Shown here one piece after another: positions 54,184 through 64,000 of a stretch of DNA of 64,000 nucleotides. Source of the DNA: a virus. The stretch lies in the IMG/VR virus record IMGVR_UViG_3300031084_000275, positions 2,102-66,101 of that record, one strand, 5' to 3'. The notes beneath the pieces are model-generated. The model did not search any database and was not told the origin of the DNA. It saw only the letters and a list, made by a program, of their open reading frames with translations. A program made the translations under genes and the position numbers. How positions within the stretch are numbered: the stretch's first letter is position 1; each line of letters opens with the position of its first letter.

Positions 54184-54614
54184 TGGGCACTACGTCGGTA
54201 TTCGTGATGAAGCTGCCCGCGACGATCGCCCGCCGAGACCGCATCCTGAAGCTGATCGACAAAACGCCCATGTCAGCGCCAGAGATCGCTCAGGCCATCC
54301 ACGCCCACCCGCGTACTGTGAATACCTACCTCGCCTTTTTGCTCGACAAGCGGCATGGACGGTGCGCGCGGATCGCTAAATGGCGCATAGACCCTAAGCG
54401 CGGGAATCGCGCGCCACTTTATCAAGCTGGCGCCGAGCCGGACGCAAAGCCGCCGCGGGCGCTGACGAAGCAAGAGACGAACAGGCGGTACCGGCGCAAC
54501 TTGCCCGAGCGAAACCCTGAGCTGTATGACCGCCTGGTCGCACAAAAGAAGGCGTCACGCATCCAGCCTCGGCATGACCCCATGGTTTCCGCCATGTTCG
54601 GCGCCTCGCCATGA
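54180..54614 (+). CDS. Winged-HTH phage protein
   Basis: MSAPEIAQAIHAHPRTVNTYL. Confidence 0.65.
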   Translation: MMGTTSVFVMKLPATIARRDRILKLIDKTPMSAPEIAQAIHAHPRTVNTYLAFLLDKRHGRCARIAKWRIDPKRGNRAPLYQAGAEPDAKPPRALTKQETNRRYRRNLPERNPELYDRLVAQKKASRIQPRHDPMVSAMFGASP

Positions 54615-55120
54615 ACCGCCAGCAGCGACGTGCCGCCGGCAAGGCCACACCTGTGCTGAGGTTCGACAAAGCAGCCGCAGCCGTCGCGCAGCGCGCCGCC
54701 ATCATGGGCGCGCGCACCGACCCGATGACTCCGGAAATCAGCACCCGCCTTCTGCTGCCGGCCTACGCTGCGCTGGAGAACCTGACACACGGCCGCGCCG
54801 ATGATGACGACTTCATCCGACTGGTGAAATTCAACCTCTTCGGCTACGAGCTGTCGGCCAGGCTCTGGCAGTACGGAAACGCGAAGGAACAATTCGCGAA
54901 GCTTGAGCCGGACTTCCAGGGCGCGGCCGACGCGCTGGAGCTGGTCGGCAAGCGCAAGGAGGCCACGGGCCGGTATGGCACCGCCGCGGCCGAGCTTGCG
55001 GCGATCAGGGCATCCCTGGTGCTGCTGGCCGAGCTGCTCGCCCTCTCAACGGAAGGCCACGCCATCACGGCGCTCACGAAAGCCGACGAAACGATCCGCG
55101 CCAAGCTGGCCGGACGCTGA
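54611..55120 (+). CDS. Phage hypothetical protein
   Basis: MNRQQRR; 169 aa, overlapped chain. Confidence 0.7.
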   Translation: MNRQQRRAAGKATPVLRFDKAAAAVAQRAAIMGARTDPMTPEISTRLLLPAYAALENLTHGRADDDDFIRLVKFNLFGYELSARLWQYGNAKEQFAKLEPDFQGAADALELVGKRKEATGRYGTAAAELAAIRASLVLLAELLALSTEGHAITALTKADETIRAKLAGR

Positions 55121-55178
55121 TATCACCGCCGCGCCCTGGCGCCGGCCGCACTGCCACGCCACACTCAAGGAACTCCCC

Positions 55179-56081
55179 ATGCCCTGGTTCAAGAACCTGC
55201 AGGTGTATCGCCTGCCCGCGCCCTGGCCGATCACGGCCGAACAGATCCACGAAAAGCTTCTGCCCTATGCGTTTACGCCAGGCGGCACGCTGGATGGCCA
55301 GACCAAGGGATGGGTCTCGCCGCGCGAGAACGACTCGCTCGTGCATGGCATCAGCGGCCAGCTGCTGCTGAGCATGCGCACCGAGAAGAAGCTGCTTCCG
55401 GCCAGCGTGATCAACCAGTTCACGAAAGCCAAGGCTGCCGACATCGAAGCCCAGCAAGGTTTCAAGCCCGGCCGCAAGCAGATGCGTGAGATCAAGGAAG
55501 CGGTCACCGACGAACTTCGGCCCAAGGCCTTCAGCATTTTCAAGGACGTGCTGGTCTGGATCGACACGGCGAACGGCTGGCTTGTGATCGACGTCGCATC
55601 GTCGGGACCATGCGACGAGGTGATCGAGCTGATGCACAAGAGCATCGACCCCCTGCCCTTGGCCCTGCTGCACGTGAACCAATCACCCGCTGCAGCAATG
55701 ACCGCATGGCTGGTTGCAGACGAAGCGCCGGCCGGCTTCAGCATCGACCAGGACACTGAGCTGCGCTCCACTGGCGACAGCAAGGCCTCAGTCCGCTACC
55801 AGAAGCAATCAATCGAAATCGACGAGGTGCGACGCCACGTCGAAGCCGGCAAGCAAACGACCAGGCTGGCAATGACCTGGGCCGACCGCGTGTCGTTCGT
55901 GCTGACCGACTCGCTGGCAATAAAGCGTGTCACCGCACTGGACGTGCTCAAGGAACAGGCCGACACGGGCGGCACCGGTGACGACGAACGCTTTGACGGC
56001 GACTTCGTGCTGATGACTGGCGAGCTCGGCAAGCTGATCGCAGATCTGGTGGGCGCGCTGGGCGGAGAACAGAAAGCATGA
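55179..56081 (+). CDS. rdgC: Recombination-associated protein RdgC
   Basis: WFKNLQVYRL...EKKLLPASV...FDGDFVLM. Confidence 0.95.
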   Translation: MPWFKNLQVYRLPAPWPITAEQIHEKLLPYAFTPGGTLDGQTKGWVSPRENDSLVHGISGQLLLSMRTEKKLLPASVINQFTKAKAADIEAQQGFKPGRKQMREIKEAVTDELRPKAFSIFKDVLVWIDTANGWLVIDVASSGPCDEVIELMHKSIDPLPLALLHVNQSPAAAMTAWLVADEAPAGFSIDQDTELRSTGDSKASVRYQKQSIEIDEVRRHVEAGKQTTRLAMTWADRVSFVLTDSLAIKRVTALDVLKEQADTGGTGDDERFDGDFVLMTGELGKLIADLVGALGGEQKA

Positions 56082-58591
56082 TCGCCGCGCCGGGAGTCGA
56101 CCCCTACCTGCAGTTCCTGCGCGAGAAGATCAAGCTGGCCAGTTTCAAGGGCTTTCAGGTCGAGCCCGGCGAAGTTCACCCCATTCTGTATCCGCACCAG
56201 CGCGACATCGTGCGCTGGGCCGTCCTGGGCGGGAACCGCGCAGTGTTTGCGAAATTCGGCCTAGGCAAATCGATCATGCAGTGCGAGTGGCTGCGACAGA
56301 TCCTCGCGGCAGCCGGTGGCGATGGCCTGATCGTCTGCCCGCTGGGCGTGCGCCAAGAGCTGATCCGAGACGCCGCCATGCTGGGCATCCATCTGACCTT
56401 CATCAGATCGGCCGCCGAGATGGAGGCTGGCCAGCACCACTACATCACGAACTACGAGACGATCCGCGACGGCAAGCTGGATCCTGCTCTGTTCACCGCG
56501 GTCAGCCTCGACGAGGCAAGCGTGTTGCGCAGCTTTGGCAGCAAGACCTACCAAGAGTTCTTGCCGCTCTTCACAGCAGTGAAGTTCAAGCTGGTGAACA
56601 CGGCCACGCCGAGCCCAAACCGATTCAAGGAGCTGATCCATTACGCCGCATTCCTGGGCGTAATGGACTCTGGCCAGGCGCTGACCCGGTTCTTCCAGCG
56701 AGACAGCGAGAAGGCCGGAAATCTGACGCTCTATCCGCACAAGGAACAAGAGTTCTGGCTGTGGGTGTCGAGCTGGGCCGTCTTCGTGCAATACCCGAGC
56801 GACCTGGGCTATTCCGACGAGGGCTACGAGCTGCCGGAGATGGAGGTGGTCTATCACGAGGTGCCCACCGACTACACCCAGGCGGGCGCTGATCGTGACG
56901 GCCAGAACCTGATGTTCCAGAACCCCGCCCTCGGGCTGAGCGCCGCCGCCACCGAGAAGCGCGACAGCATGCCGGCGCGAGTGGCAAAGGTAGCCGAGCT
57001 CGTGAACGCAGCGCCTGACGATCACTTCGTCATTTGGCACGACCTCGAAGCCGAGCGCCACGCCATCCAAGCAGCCTTGCCCGACGCTGTGAGCGTGTGG
57101 GGCAGCCAGGAGCTCGAAGTGCGCGAAGAACGCATCGTGGACTTCGGCAACGGAGTCCACCGCTTGCTTTCCACCAAGCCAGTGATCGCCGGCAGCGGCT
57201 GCAACTTCCAACGGCACTGCCACCGCGAAATCTTCGCGGGCATCGGCTTCAAGTTCAACGACTTCATCCAAGCCATCCACCGAGTGCAGCGCTTCCAGCA
57301 GCCGCGCCGAGTGCGCATCGATGTCGTTTACAGCGAGGCGGAGCGCGAGGTATTGCGCACGCTGCAGATCAAGTGGGCCCAGCACGACGAGATGGTGAGA
57401 AACATGACCGAGATCATCAAGAAATACGGCCTGAACCAACTGGCCATGCAAGAGACGCTGGCCAGGTCGATCGGCGTCGAGCGCCTGGAGGTAAAAGGCG
57501 ACCTGTTCACTGTGGCGAATAACGACTGTGTCGAGGAAGCAAAACTGCAGCCAGAGAATCACGTCGACCTGATCGTGACCAGCATCCCTTTCGCCAATCA
57601 CTACGAGTACTCGCCTTCCTACAACGACTTTGGGCACACCGAGAGCAACGACCACTTCTGGGCGCAGATGGACCACCTGACGCCCGAGTTGCTCCGCACG
57701 CTCAAGCCGGGACGGCTGTACTGCTGCCACGTGAAAGACCGGATCCTGTTCGGCAATGTCACCGGCGCCGGCGCGCCGACCGTGAGCCCGTTCCACTGCG
57801 AAGCCATCATGCACGGCCGCAAGCATGGCTTCGACTATATGGGCCTGATCACCGTGGTTACGGATGTAGTGCGCGAGAACAACCAAACCTACCGACTGGG
57901 CTGGTCGGAGCAGTGCAAGGACGGCTCGAAGATGGGCGTTGGCTCACCGGAATACATCATCCTATTCCGGAAGCCGCAGACCGACCGATCCAAGGGCTAT
58001 GCGGACGTGCCGGTGAGCAAGACAAAGGCAGGCTACACCCGAGCGCACTGGCAGGTCGACGCGCATGCATTCTGGCGCTCAAGCGGAAATCGCCAGATCA
58101 CCGCCGACGAGCTCGCAGGCCTGGGCCCCGACAAGCTGGCCAGCATGTTCACCAAGTTCAGCCTGCAGCATGTTTACGACTACGACTTCCACATCAAGAT
58201 CGGCGAAGAGCTCGAGGCGCGCGGCGCGTTGCCGTCGACCTTCATGAGTTTGGCGCCAGGCAGCCATCACGACGATGTTTGGCACGACGTGAACCGCATG
58301 CGCACGCTCAACGGCCAGCAGACAAACCGTGCCGTCGAGAAACACGTGTGCCCCCTGCAGTTCGATATCGTCGATCGGCTGATCGAGCGCTATAGCAACG
58401 CTGGCGAGTTGGTCTACGACCCATTCTGCGGGCTCGGTACCGTTCCATATCGAGCCATCCTCAAAGGTCGACGCGGCGGCGGGTCGGAGCTCAACCCGGC
58501 GTACTTCCTCGACCAAGTGCATTACCTCAAGGCCGCTGAGAAAGAGGTGTCGATGCCCTCGCTCTTCGACGCGCTCGAATTGGAATCCTGA
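56078..58591 (+). CDS. SNF2-like helicase fused to an amino (N4/N6) DNA methyltransferase
   Basis: GLGKS, DEAS; TSIPF (motif IV), DPFCGLG (motif I). Confidence 0.85.
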   Translation: MIAAPGVDPYLQFLREKIKLASFKGFQVEPGEVHPILYPHQRDIVRWAVLGGNRAVFAKFGLGKSIMQCEWLRQILAAAGGDGLIVCPLGVRQELIRDAAMLGIHLTFIRSAAEMEAGQHHYITNYETIRDGKLDPALFTAVSLDEASVLRSFGSKTYQEFLPLFTAVKFKLVNTATPSPNRFKELIHYAAFLGVMDSGQALTRFFQRDSEKAGNLTLYPHKEQEFWLWVSSWAVFVQYPSDLGYSDEGYELPEMEVVYHEVPTDYTQAGADRDGQNLMFQNPALGLSAAATEKRDSMPARVAKVAELVNAAPDDHFVIWHDLEAERHAIQAALPDAVSVWGSQELEVREERIVDFGNGVHRLLSTKPVIAGSGCNFQRHCHREIFAGIGFKFNDFIQAIHRVQRFQQPRRVRIDVVYSEAEREVLRTLQIKWAQHDEMVRNMTEIIKKYGLNQLAMQETLARSIGVERLEVKGDLFTVANNDCVEEAKLQPENHVDLIVTSIPFANHYEYSPSYNDFGHTESNDHFWAQMDHLTPELLRTLKPGRLYCCHVKDRILFGNVTGAGAPTVSPFHCEAIMHGRKHGFDYMGLITVVTDVVRENNQTYRLGWSEQCKDGSKMGVGSPEYIILFRKPQTDRSKGYADVPVSKTKAGYTRAHWQVDAHAFWRSSGNRQITADELAGLGPDKLASMFTKFSLQHVYDYDFHIKIGEELEARGALPSTFMSLAPGSHHDDVWHDVNRMRTLNGQQTNRAVEKHVCPLQFDIVDRLIERYSNAGELVYDPFCGLGTVPYRAILKGRRGGGSELNPAYFLDQVHYLKAAEKEVSMPSLFDALELES

Positions 58592-58593
58592 TC

Positions 58594-58890
58594 ATGACTG
58601 CACCCTTCCCGCCGCCCGGCTACGCCGAGGTGGCAAGCACCCCTGCGCCCAAAACGCTGTACGACTGCCTGCCCGGCGACACGGTGATGCTGCGTGGGCA
58701 GATGCTTTACCTCGGCGAGTTCCGCCAGGGCGTCGACTCCAGCGCGCCGCGGGTACGCGAGCGCGGCAACTACGCGCTGCTCTGGCAAAGCCGCGCCGAT
58801 CACCGGGAGAGCCGGCCCTACCTGATCCTGGCCGCCAGCCGGTCGCACCACGTCGCAGCGCCACACGAAGGTGGCCCCGATGGCAGGTAA
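58594..58890 (+). CDS. Phage hypothetical protein
   Basis: 98-aa ORF in the operon. Confidence 0.5.
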   Translation: MTAPFPPPGYAEVASTPAPKTLYDCLPGDTVMLRGQMLYLGEFRQGVDSSAPRVRERGNYALLWQSRADHRESRPYLILAASRSHHVAAPHEGGPDGR

Positions 58891-59452
58891 GTCCACCCAC
58901 GGCCTCTCATACACGCCCGAGTACAAGGCCTGGCAGACGATGCGCCTGCGCTGCACTGAGCCAAGCAATTCGGCGTGGCCTGACTACGGCGGCCGTGGCA
59001 TCACGGTGTGCGATCGATGGCTGGACGATCCGGTCGCCTTCCTGGCGGATATGGGCAAAAAGCCGTCGGCGCTGCACGAGATAGACCGGATCGACAACAA
59101 CGCCGGGTACTCGCCGGAAAACTGCCGGTGGGTGCTGCGCTCCGAGAACGATCGGAACCGGCGCAGCAACCGCCACGCAACCCTGAATGGCGAAACGCTG
59201 ACGATCGCAGGCTGGGCGGAGCGCCTTGGCATATCGGCAACCGCAATCATCAAGCGCCTAGACGCCGGCTGGACCGAAGAGGCCGCCCTGACCACGCCGG
59301 TGCGAGCAAAAGCGAAGAAGGGCCAAGCCAAGAGCCTGCAGCGCAACGCCTGCGCCGGCTGCGGCGTGCAGGTGACCGGCATGCGCTGCCACGCATGCGA
59401 GAACAAGGCACGGGCCCACCGGGGAAACAATATCGAGGAAACAACGCCATGA
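58880..59452 (+). CDS. HNH-type homing endonuclease-like protein
   Basis: YGGRGITVCDRW; IDRIDNNAGYSPENCRW. Confidence 0.8.
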   Translation: MAGKSTHGLSYTPEYKAWQTMRLRCTEPSNSAWPDYGGRGITVCDRWLDDPVAFLADMGKKPSALHEIDRIDNNAGYSPENCRWVLRSENDRNRRSNRHATLNGETLTIAGWAERLGISATAIIKRLDAGWTEEAALTTPVRAKAKKGQAKSLQRNACAGCGVQVTGMRCHACENKARAHRGNNIEETTP

Positions 59453-60372
59453 CGATGACCGCGATCGACATGTTCGCAGGCCTGGGCGGCAACAGCGAAG
59501 GCGCCAAGCAGGCCGGTGTGCACGTGCTATGGGCTGGCAACCACTGGAAGGTGGCCAAGGAATACCACGAACGCAACCACCCCGAAGCCGTGACCGTCTG
59601 CCAGGACATGCATCAGGCCGCATGGGATCGGGTCCCATCGCATGACCTGCTGATGGCCTCGCCGGCCTGCACTGGGCATACCGAGGCGCGCGGCAAAGAG
59701 CAGCCCCACCACGACGCGGCTCGCAGCACTGCATGGGCGGTCATCGACGCGGTCGAATTTCACCGCCCGCCTTTCTTGCTGGTTGAAAACGTGCCGGCGT
59801 TCGCAAAGAAGTGGGTGCTCTACCCGGCCTGGTGCGCGGCGCTTAGCGCCTTGGGCTACGCGCTGGCGCCAATAATCATCGATGCGGCGGATTGCGGAGT
59901 GCCGCAGCACCGGAAACGCCTCATTGTGATCGGCACCAGGACGCGGCATCCGGTCGTGCTGGACCTGCCGAAGCTGCAGCACCGGCCGGCAACCGAAGTC
60001 ATCGACTTCACCGCAGGTTCCTGGTCACAAGTGAACAAGCCCAGCCGGGTGCCGGCGACATTGGCACGCATCGCACGCGGCCGACGCGAGTTCGGCGACC
60101 GATTCGTGATGCCCTACTACGGTGGCGGCTCCGGCCTCACAGGCCGCGACTTGGCCAGGCCCATCGGCACGATCACCACGCGCGACCGCTGGGCGATTGT
60201 TGACGGCGAGCGCATGCGCATGCTCACCCGCGACGAGAACCGCCGCGCCATGGCCTTCCCGGACGACTACCAGCTGCCCGAAGAACACAAGCTGGCCGTG
60301 CACATGCTCGGCAACGCCGTGCCACCGCCAATGACCCGCGAGGTCATCACCGCATTGAGGAAAGCCGCATGA
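59449..60372 (+). CDS. C5-cytosine DNA methyltransferase
   Basis: DMFAGLGG, SPAC, ENV, QHRKR, GNAV. Confidence 0.9.
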   Translation: MTMTAIDMFAGLGGNSEGAKQAGVHVLWAGNHWKVAKEYHERNHPEAVTVCQDMHQAAWDRVPSHDLLMASPACTGHTEARGKEQPHHDAARSTAWAVIDAVEFHRPPFLLVENVPAFAKKWVLYPAWCAALSALGYALAPIIIDAADCGVPQHRKRLIVIGTRTRHPVVLDLPKLQHRPATEVIDFTAGSWSQVNKPSRVPATLARIARGRREFGDRFVMPYYGGGSGLTGRDLARPIGTITTRDRWAIVDGERMRMLTRDENRRAMAFPDDYQLPEEHKLAVHMLGNAVPPPMTREVITALRKAA

Positions 60373-61019
60373 ACGCACATCCGCTGTCCTGGCCCTCGGG
60401 CTGGCCGCGCACGAAGCCGCATGCCAAGCAAATCGGGAAGTTCGGCACCAAGGTGCGCGAGTCGGGGAACAGCTACGACACGAGCAAGAAGCTGACCCTT
60501 GCCGAAGCAGTCCAGCGCGTGCTTGACGAACTTGGACGCATGCGCGTCGCACGCAAGGACGTGATCGTCTCGACCAACGTGCTGCTGCGCCTTGACGGCC
60601 TCCCTCGGTCCGGACAGCGCGAGCCAGAAGATGGGGGCGCGGCTGTTTATTGGCGAGAGCGGGGCGGCACGCAGCGGGTCATTGCCATCGACCGCTACAG
60701 CCGAGTGGCCGACAACCTGGCTGCGATCGCCGCGACATTGGATGCAATGCGCGCAGTGGAACGCCACGGCGGCGCGGTGATCCTGGAGCGCGCATTCACC
60801 GGATTCACCGCCCTGCCGCCGCCTGGTGGCAGGACAGAGCGCACGTGGCGCCAAGTGTTCGGTCTGCAACCTGGCCAGCCGATCACTGCCGACACCCTTC
60901 GCGCCCTCTTCCGCCGGCTCGCAGCCGAGCGCCACCCCGACAAGGACACCGGCAGCGATGCCCTGATGTCCGAGCTCAACGTCGCCTACGAGCAGGCGAA
61001 ACAGGAAATCGCAGCATGA
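60369..61019 (+). CDS. Phage protein with C-terminal J-domain
   Basis: HPDK motif; LNVAYEQA. Confidence 0.85.
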   Translation: MNAHPLSWPSGWPRTKPHAKQIGKFGTKVRESGNSYDTSKKLTLAEAVQRVLDELGRMRVARKDVIVSTNVLLRLDGLPRSGQREPEDGGAAVYWRERGGTQRVIAIDRYSRVADNLAAIAATLDAMRAVERHGGAVILERAFTGFTALPPPGGRTERTWRQVFGLQPGQPITADTLRALFRRLAAERHPDKDTGSDALMSELNVAYEQAKQEIAA

Positions 61020-62323
61020 ACACCAACACGAACACCCCCGCAGCACCGTATGACGCTGTACTCACATGCCCGCACCAGATCACCGATGAGCGCGTCGTTC
61101 TACGCTTCGACCCGAAGCAACCAGGCCACAACGCGCTGAATCAGCTGGGCCGACGGATGACTGCCGCTGCAGGCGACGCGGTTGCCCCTGCTGCGCCCCA
61201 GGATGAGCTTGGATTCCAGCTTCTGATATCTGCCTTCGCTCGCGCCTGCGCATTCGGGGATGCGGCGGACCGAACGAAGGCAGGCGATGAGTTGCTGGCC
61301 TGCTATCGCGCAGCACTGCCCGCCCATGCTGTCGCACCTGTGGTCGATGAGCAGGTGCCCGTGCTTGCCCGCGCAGCTTTCGATGATCGGCACTTGGGCT
61401 ACGAGTTCCCGAGCGACGCCTTGCGTGCGGGCGCTTACGACGAGTTCGCAGCCGGGTGGCGTGCGTGCAAGGCTGCCCAGGACCGCTACCTGATGGCAGC
61501 GCCCGTACAGGACGTAGCGCCGATCACGCTGCTGGAAAGCGTCCGCGAATACCTCAAGGAGGGCGTCGAAAACGCCACCGGATGCGAAGAGGCAGATCAG
61601 GATTACGACTTCGCCAATCAGCTTTTGGTGCTGCTGCACACGCCGATTTACGTCAGCGCGCCCCCGGCAGTCGCAAAGGACGTAGCGCCGAGCGATGCGC
61701 GAGCCGATCTGGACGAGGTGTATTCCATGCTCAGCATCGGCCACCTGGCGCGCAACCTGGGCACCCTCCGCATGAACATCGAGAACATGGAGCGACGCTC
61801 GCGCTGCCTGTCTGCCATCGAGGGCGCGTTCTTCACCGTAGCGACCGAGCCGGACCCTGACGAGGACGGCGATGAGCCCGGCACGGAATGCCTGCTGAAT
61901 TGGGGTTCCGACCCGAAAGACTACGTCGAGCAGTTCCGCGTGGCCCTTGCAAAGATTGCCGCACCTGCTGCGCCGCAGGCCGTGCCGACCGGCGAGGAAA
62001 TCGTCGCAGCATTCACGGCGGCGGGCCTGAACACGGACATGCACCAAATGCCGAACATGCTGTATTCGGTGCGCGGCCAACTCGCCCAGCTCATCAACGG
62101 TGCGCGTTCACTGCTCGCCACCTACGCGCAGCCCGCAGCCCAGCCGGCCGATGCGCAGGACGCGGCTCGGTATCGCTGGCTTTGCGACAAGCTCGGCGTG
62201 ACAAAGCTGCCGTGCGCAATCGAGCGGATTATCGAAGGCGGATATATCGCTGACGGGAAGCCCTCCATAGACGCCGCTATCGACGCGGCAATAGCTCGCA
62301 CGCAGGAAGGCGCAGCATCATGA
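61016..62323 (+). CDS. Mosaic early phage protein
   Basis: Modules joined by AAP..Q/DVAP linkers; ends DAARYRWL...IDAAIDAAI. Confidence 0.7.
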   Translation: MNTNTNTPAAPYDAVLTCPHQITDERVVLRFDPKQPGHNALNQLGRRMTAAAGDAVAPAAPQDELGFQLLISAFARACAFGDAADRTKAGDELLACYRAALPAHAVAPVVDEQVPVLARAAFDDRHLGYEFPSDALRAGAYDEFAAGWRACKAAQDRYLMAAPVQDVAPITLLESVREYLKEGVENATGCEEADQDYDFANQLLVLLHTPIYVSAPPAVAKDVAPSDARADLDEVYSMLSIGHLARNLGTLRMNIENMERRSRCLSAIEGAFFTVATEPDPDEDGDEPGTECLLNWGSDPKDYVEQFRVALAKIAAPAAPQAVPTGEEIVAAFTAAGLNTDMHQMPNMLYSVRGQLAQLINGARSLLATYAQPAAQPADAQDAARYRWLCDKLGVTKLPCAIERIIEGGYIADGKPSIDAAIDAAIARTQEGAAS

Positions 62324-62718
62324 GCGCGAACCACCACCGAGTTTCTAAAGAGGGCCAGTACCTAGGGCGCCTCACTGCGGGGCTGGAGCACGAAGGCGCG
62401 AAGGTTCTCGTTCGAGAAGGACTGTCCAACGTTGCCGCGCCCCGCGTCCGTGGCCAGATGTGCGCCAGCTGCGCGTGCAAGCTGGGCACCATTCCGAATG
62501 GCTGCGTACAGACCCAAATGGACATGCTGAAGGCTGTGGTTGAAGGGGCGCCCTTCCTCTGCCATGCGCCAAACAATGGCGACTTGTGCCAGGGCTGGGT
62601 GCATGCGCGGGCCGCGCATGTGGCACGCCCCCTACCAACTGCGGTGCAACAGATGGCGGCGGAATGGGACTTCTCGCCGCCGGACCAGGACGCCACCATT
62701 CCCACGGAAGAATCATGA
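62320..62718 (+). CDS. Cys-rich phage protein
   Basis: CASCAC...FLCH...LCQGW. Confidence 0.7.
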   Translation: MSANHHRVSKEGQYLGRLTAGLEHEGAKVLVREGLSNVAAPRVRGQMCASCACKLGTIPNGCVQTQMDMLKAVVEGAPFLCHAPNNGDLCQGWVHARAAHVARPLPTAVQQMAAEWDFSPPDQDATIPTEES

Positions 62719-63104
62719 ACAACGCCGATGCGAACCTCGCGGCTTTGCTGCTGGATCGGCTTGACGTGTCGCCGGACGATGATGCCCGTGTCGATCAGAT
62801 CACCGAAATCGTTCGCGGCCTGGCAGCCGACCGACGCAACCAAGCTGCCGAGATTACCCGCCTTTCCGCCGCCCTGTCCGTTGCCCTGGCGCAGCTGGAG
62901 GAAGAGCGGGCGCGGAATGCTGCGGCGCGCGAGTCTGCGCTGATCGACGCGACCAATGAGCTGACGCGCCGGCGGCGTCTACTGCACAGCCAGTTCGAGG
63001 TGCTGGACATCCAGCATGCCGATGCGATGTACGAAATTTGCATCGACGCAGTGCGGTCATTGGCCGCCCCTCCCCTAGCCATCATCCCCGGAGGCGCATC
63101 GTGA
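62715..63104 (+). CDS. Coiled-coil phage hypothetical protein
   Basis: ATGA overlap; helical. Confidence 0.6.
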   Translation: MNNADANLAALLLDRLDVSPDDDARVDQITEIVRGLAADRRNQAAEITRLSAALSVALAQLEEERARNAAARESALIDATNELTRRRRLLHSQFEVLDIQHADAMYEICIDAVRSLAAPPLAIIPGGAS

Positions 63105-63313
63105 GCAACGCCGAATTGCAAGACCGGCTGATCGCCGAGATCGGCCAAATCATCGACGACCACATCGCGCCCATCTTCAAGCCGGGCGCCAAGATCACCG
63201 TGCTGGTGCGCCATCCCGGAATGGATGACGCCGACGGTGTGGTGACCAGCGACACAGACGAAGGCGTGCGCGCGATCGTGCAGCGGCGATTCCCTGGAGG
63301 CGCCGCAGCATGA
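63101..63313 (+). CDS. Small phage hypothetical protein
   Basis: FKPGAKITVLVR. Confidence 0.6.
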   Translation: MSNAELQDRLIAEIGQIIDDHIAPIFKPGAKITVLVRHPGMDDADGVVTSDTDEGVRAIVQRRFPGGAAA

Positions 63314-63528
63314 CCACCACCCATTCCCATACTGCCGCGCCGACGTGCCCGCACTGCGATCACGAGATGGATACGGACGAGATGCTTGCAGACCCGAACG
63401 ACCTGTTCGCGGCAGCGCCCGACGAAACCCAGCACGAGGTCACCTGCCCGGCGTGTGATCGCGAGTTCCACCTGCAAGGCGGATACACCCCGTACTACAC
63501 GACGGCGATCGACGAGGATGACCTATGA
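63310..63528 (+). CDS. Zn-ribbon phage protein
   Basis: CPHC...CPAC. Confidence 0.7.
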   Translation: MTTTHSHTAAPTCPHCDHEMDTDEMLADPNDLFAAAPDETQHEVTCPACDREFHLQGGYTPYYTTAIDEDDL

Positions 63529-64000
63529 CCAACACCAACGCAGTACCGGCGCGCGAGCGCGGCATCCTGTTCAACGGCGCCATGGTGCGCGCGCTGCTGG
63601 CCGGCACAAAAACGCAGACGCGGAGGGCCATCAATCCCCAGCCGCCCGCCATCGGTGCCAACGGCGGCGCTTTCCGCGAAGTGGTGCCGTCCCTGCTGCC
63701 CAACGACGGCAGCCTGTTCGATTTTCGCTACGCGCTCGACAACCCCATCGCGGTGCGCTGCCCCTTCGGCCAGGTCGGCGACCGGCTGTGGGTGCGCGAA
63801 GCCTGGAAGGCGCACACCACGTTCGACCACCTGCCGCCGTGTGACATTCCCGAAAGCCACGTCTGGTACATGGCCGACGAGGGATACAAAGCCCAGTCGC
63901 GCTACCGCCACGGAATGTTTATGCCCCGCTGGGCATCGCGCATCACGCTGGAGATCACCGGTGTGCGGGTGGAGCGGCTTCAGGACGGCGACGGGGAAAC
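63525..64000 (+). CDS. ASCH-like phage protein (partial, runs off the right edge)
   Basis: ILFNGAMVRALLAGTKTQTRR; GDRLWVRE; MPRWASRITLEI. Confidence 0.8.
   Translation, partial: MTNTNAVPARERGILFNGAMVRALLAGTKTQTRRAINPQPPAIGANGGAFREVVPSLLPNDGSLFDFRYALDNPIAVRCPFGQVGDRLWVREAWKAHTTFDHLPPCDIPESHVWYMADEGYKAQSRYRHGMFMPRWASRITLEITGVRVERLQDGDGE

Larger units (their letters stand above)
8903..64000. mobile_element. Siphovirus-like lambdoid prophage, continues past the right edge
   Basis: Ordered lysis, tail, head, packaging, replication, immunity and early-left modules. Confidence 0.95.

Noticed and set aside
49666-57886. Long minus-strand ORFs (49666-51057, 56261-57886)
   Set aside because: Shadows of the coiled-coil and SNF2-MTase genes
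1-64000. CRISPR array, rRNA, intact transposase
   Set aside because: No regularly spaced repeats, rRNA-like sequence or DDE motifs noticed by eye

Overview
The window is almost entirely temperate phage DNA. The GC-rich composition and gene families suggest a betaproteobacterial host, but that is inference. Two lambdoid elements lie in tandem, joined at a 58-bp duplicated 3' end of tRNA-Leu(CAA) (8903-8960, minus strand). LEFT (about 1-8900): a decayed prophage remnant. Its integrase, cI and dnaB are broken by frameshifts, a nonsense codon and deletion, while its cargo is intact: a RosmerTA-like toxin plus HTH-ImmA/IrrE peptidase pair and secreted, lipoprotein and membrane genes. RIGHT (8960 to beyond 64000): an apparently near-intact siphovirus-like prophage. 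In order it carries SRAP and a LexA-boxed operon, lysis, tail, head and terminase genes, three atypical tRNA genes, a Q-like gene, replication genes, a cro/cI switch with clear OR and OL operators, an immunity-region cargo block (HipA-family kinase pair, TPR-like plus HEPN pair), and an early-left operon (Erf, YqaJ, SSB, dUTPase, RdgC, SNF2-MTase, HNH, C5-MTase, J-domain protein). Its integrase and other att site should lie beyond the right edge. All calls come from motif recognition by eye; no database searches were run.
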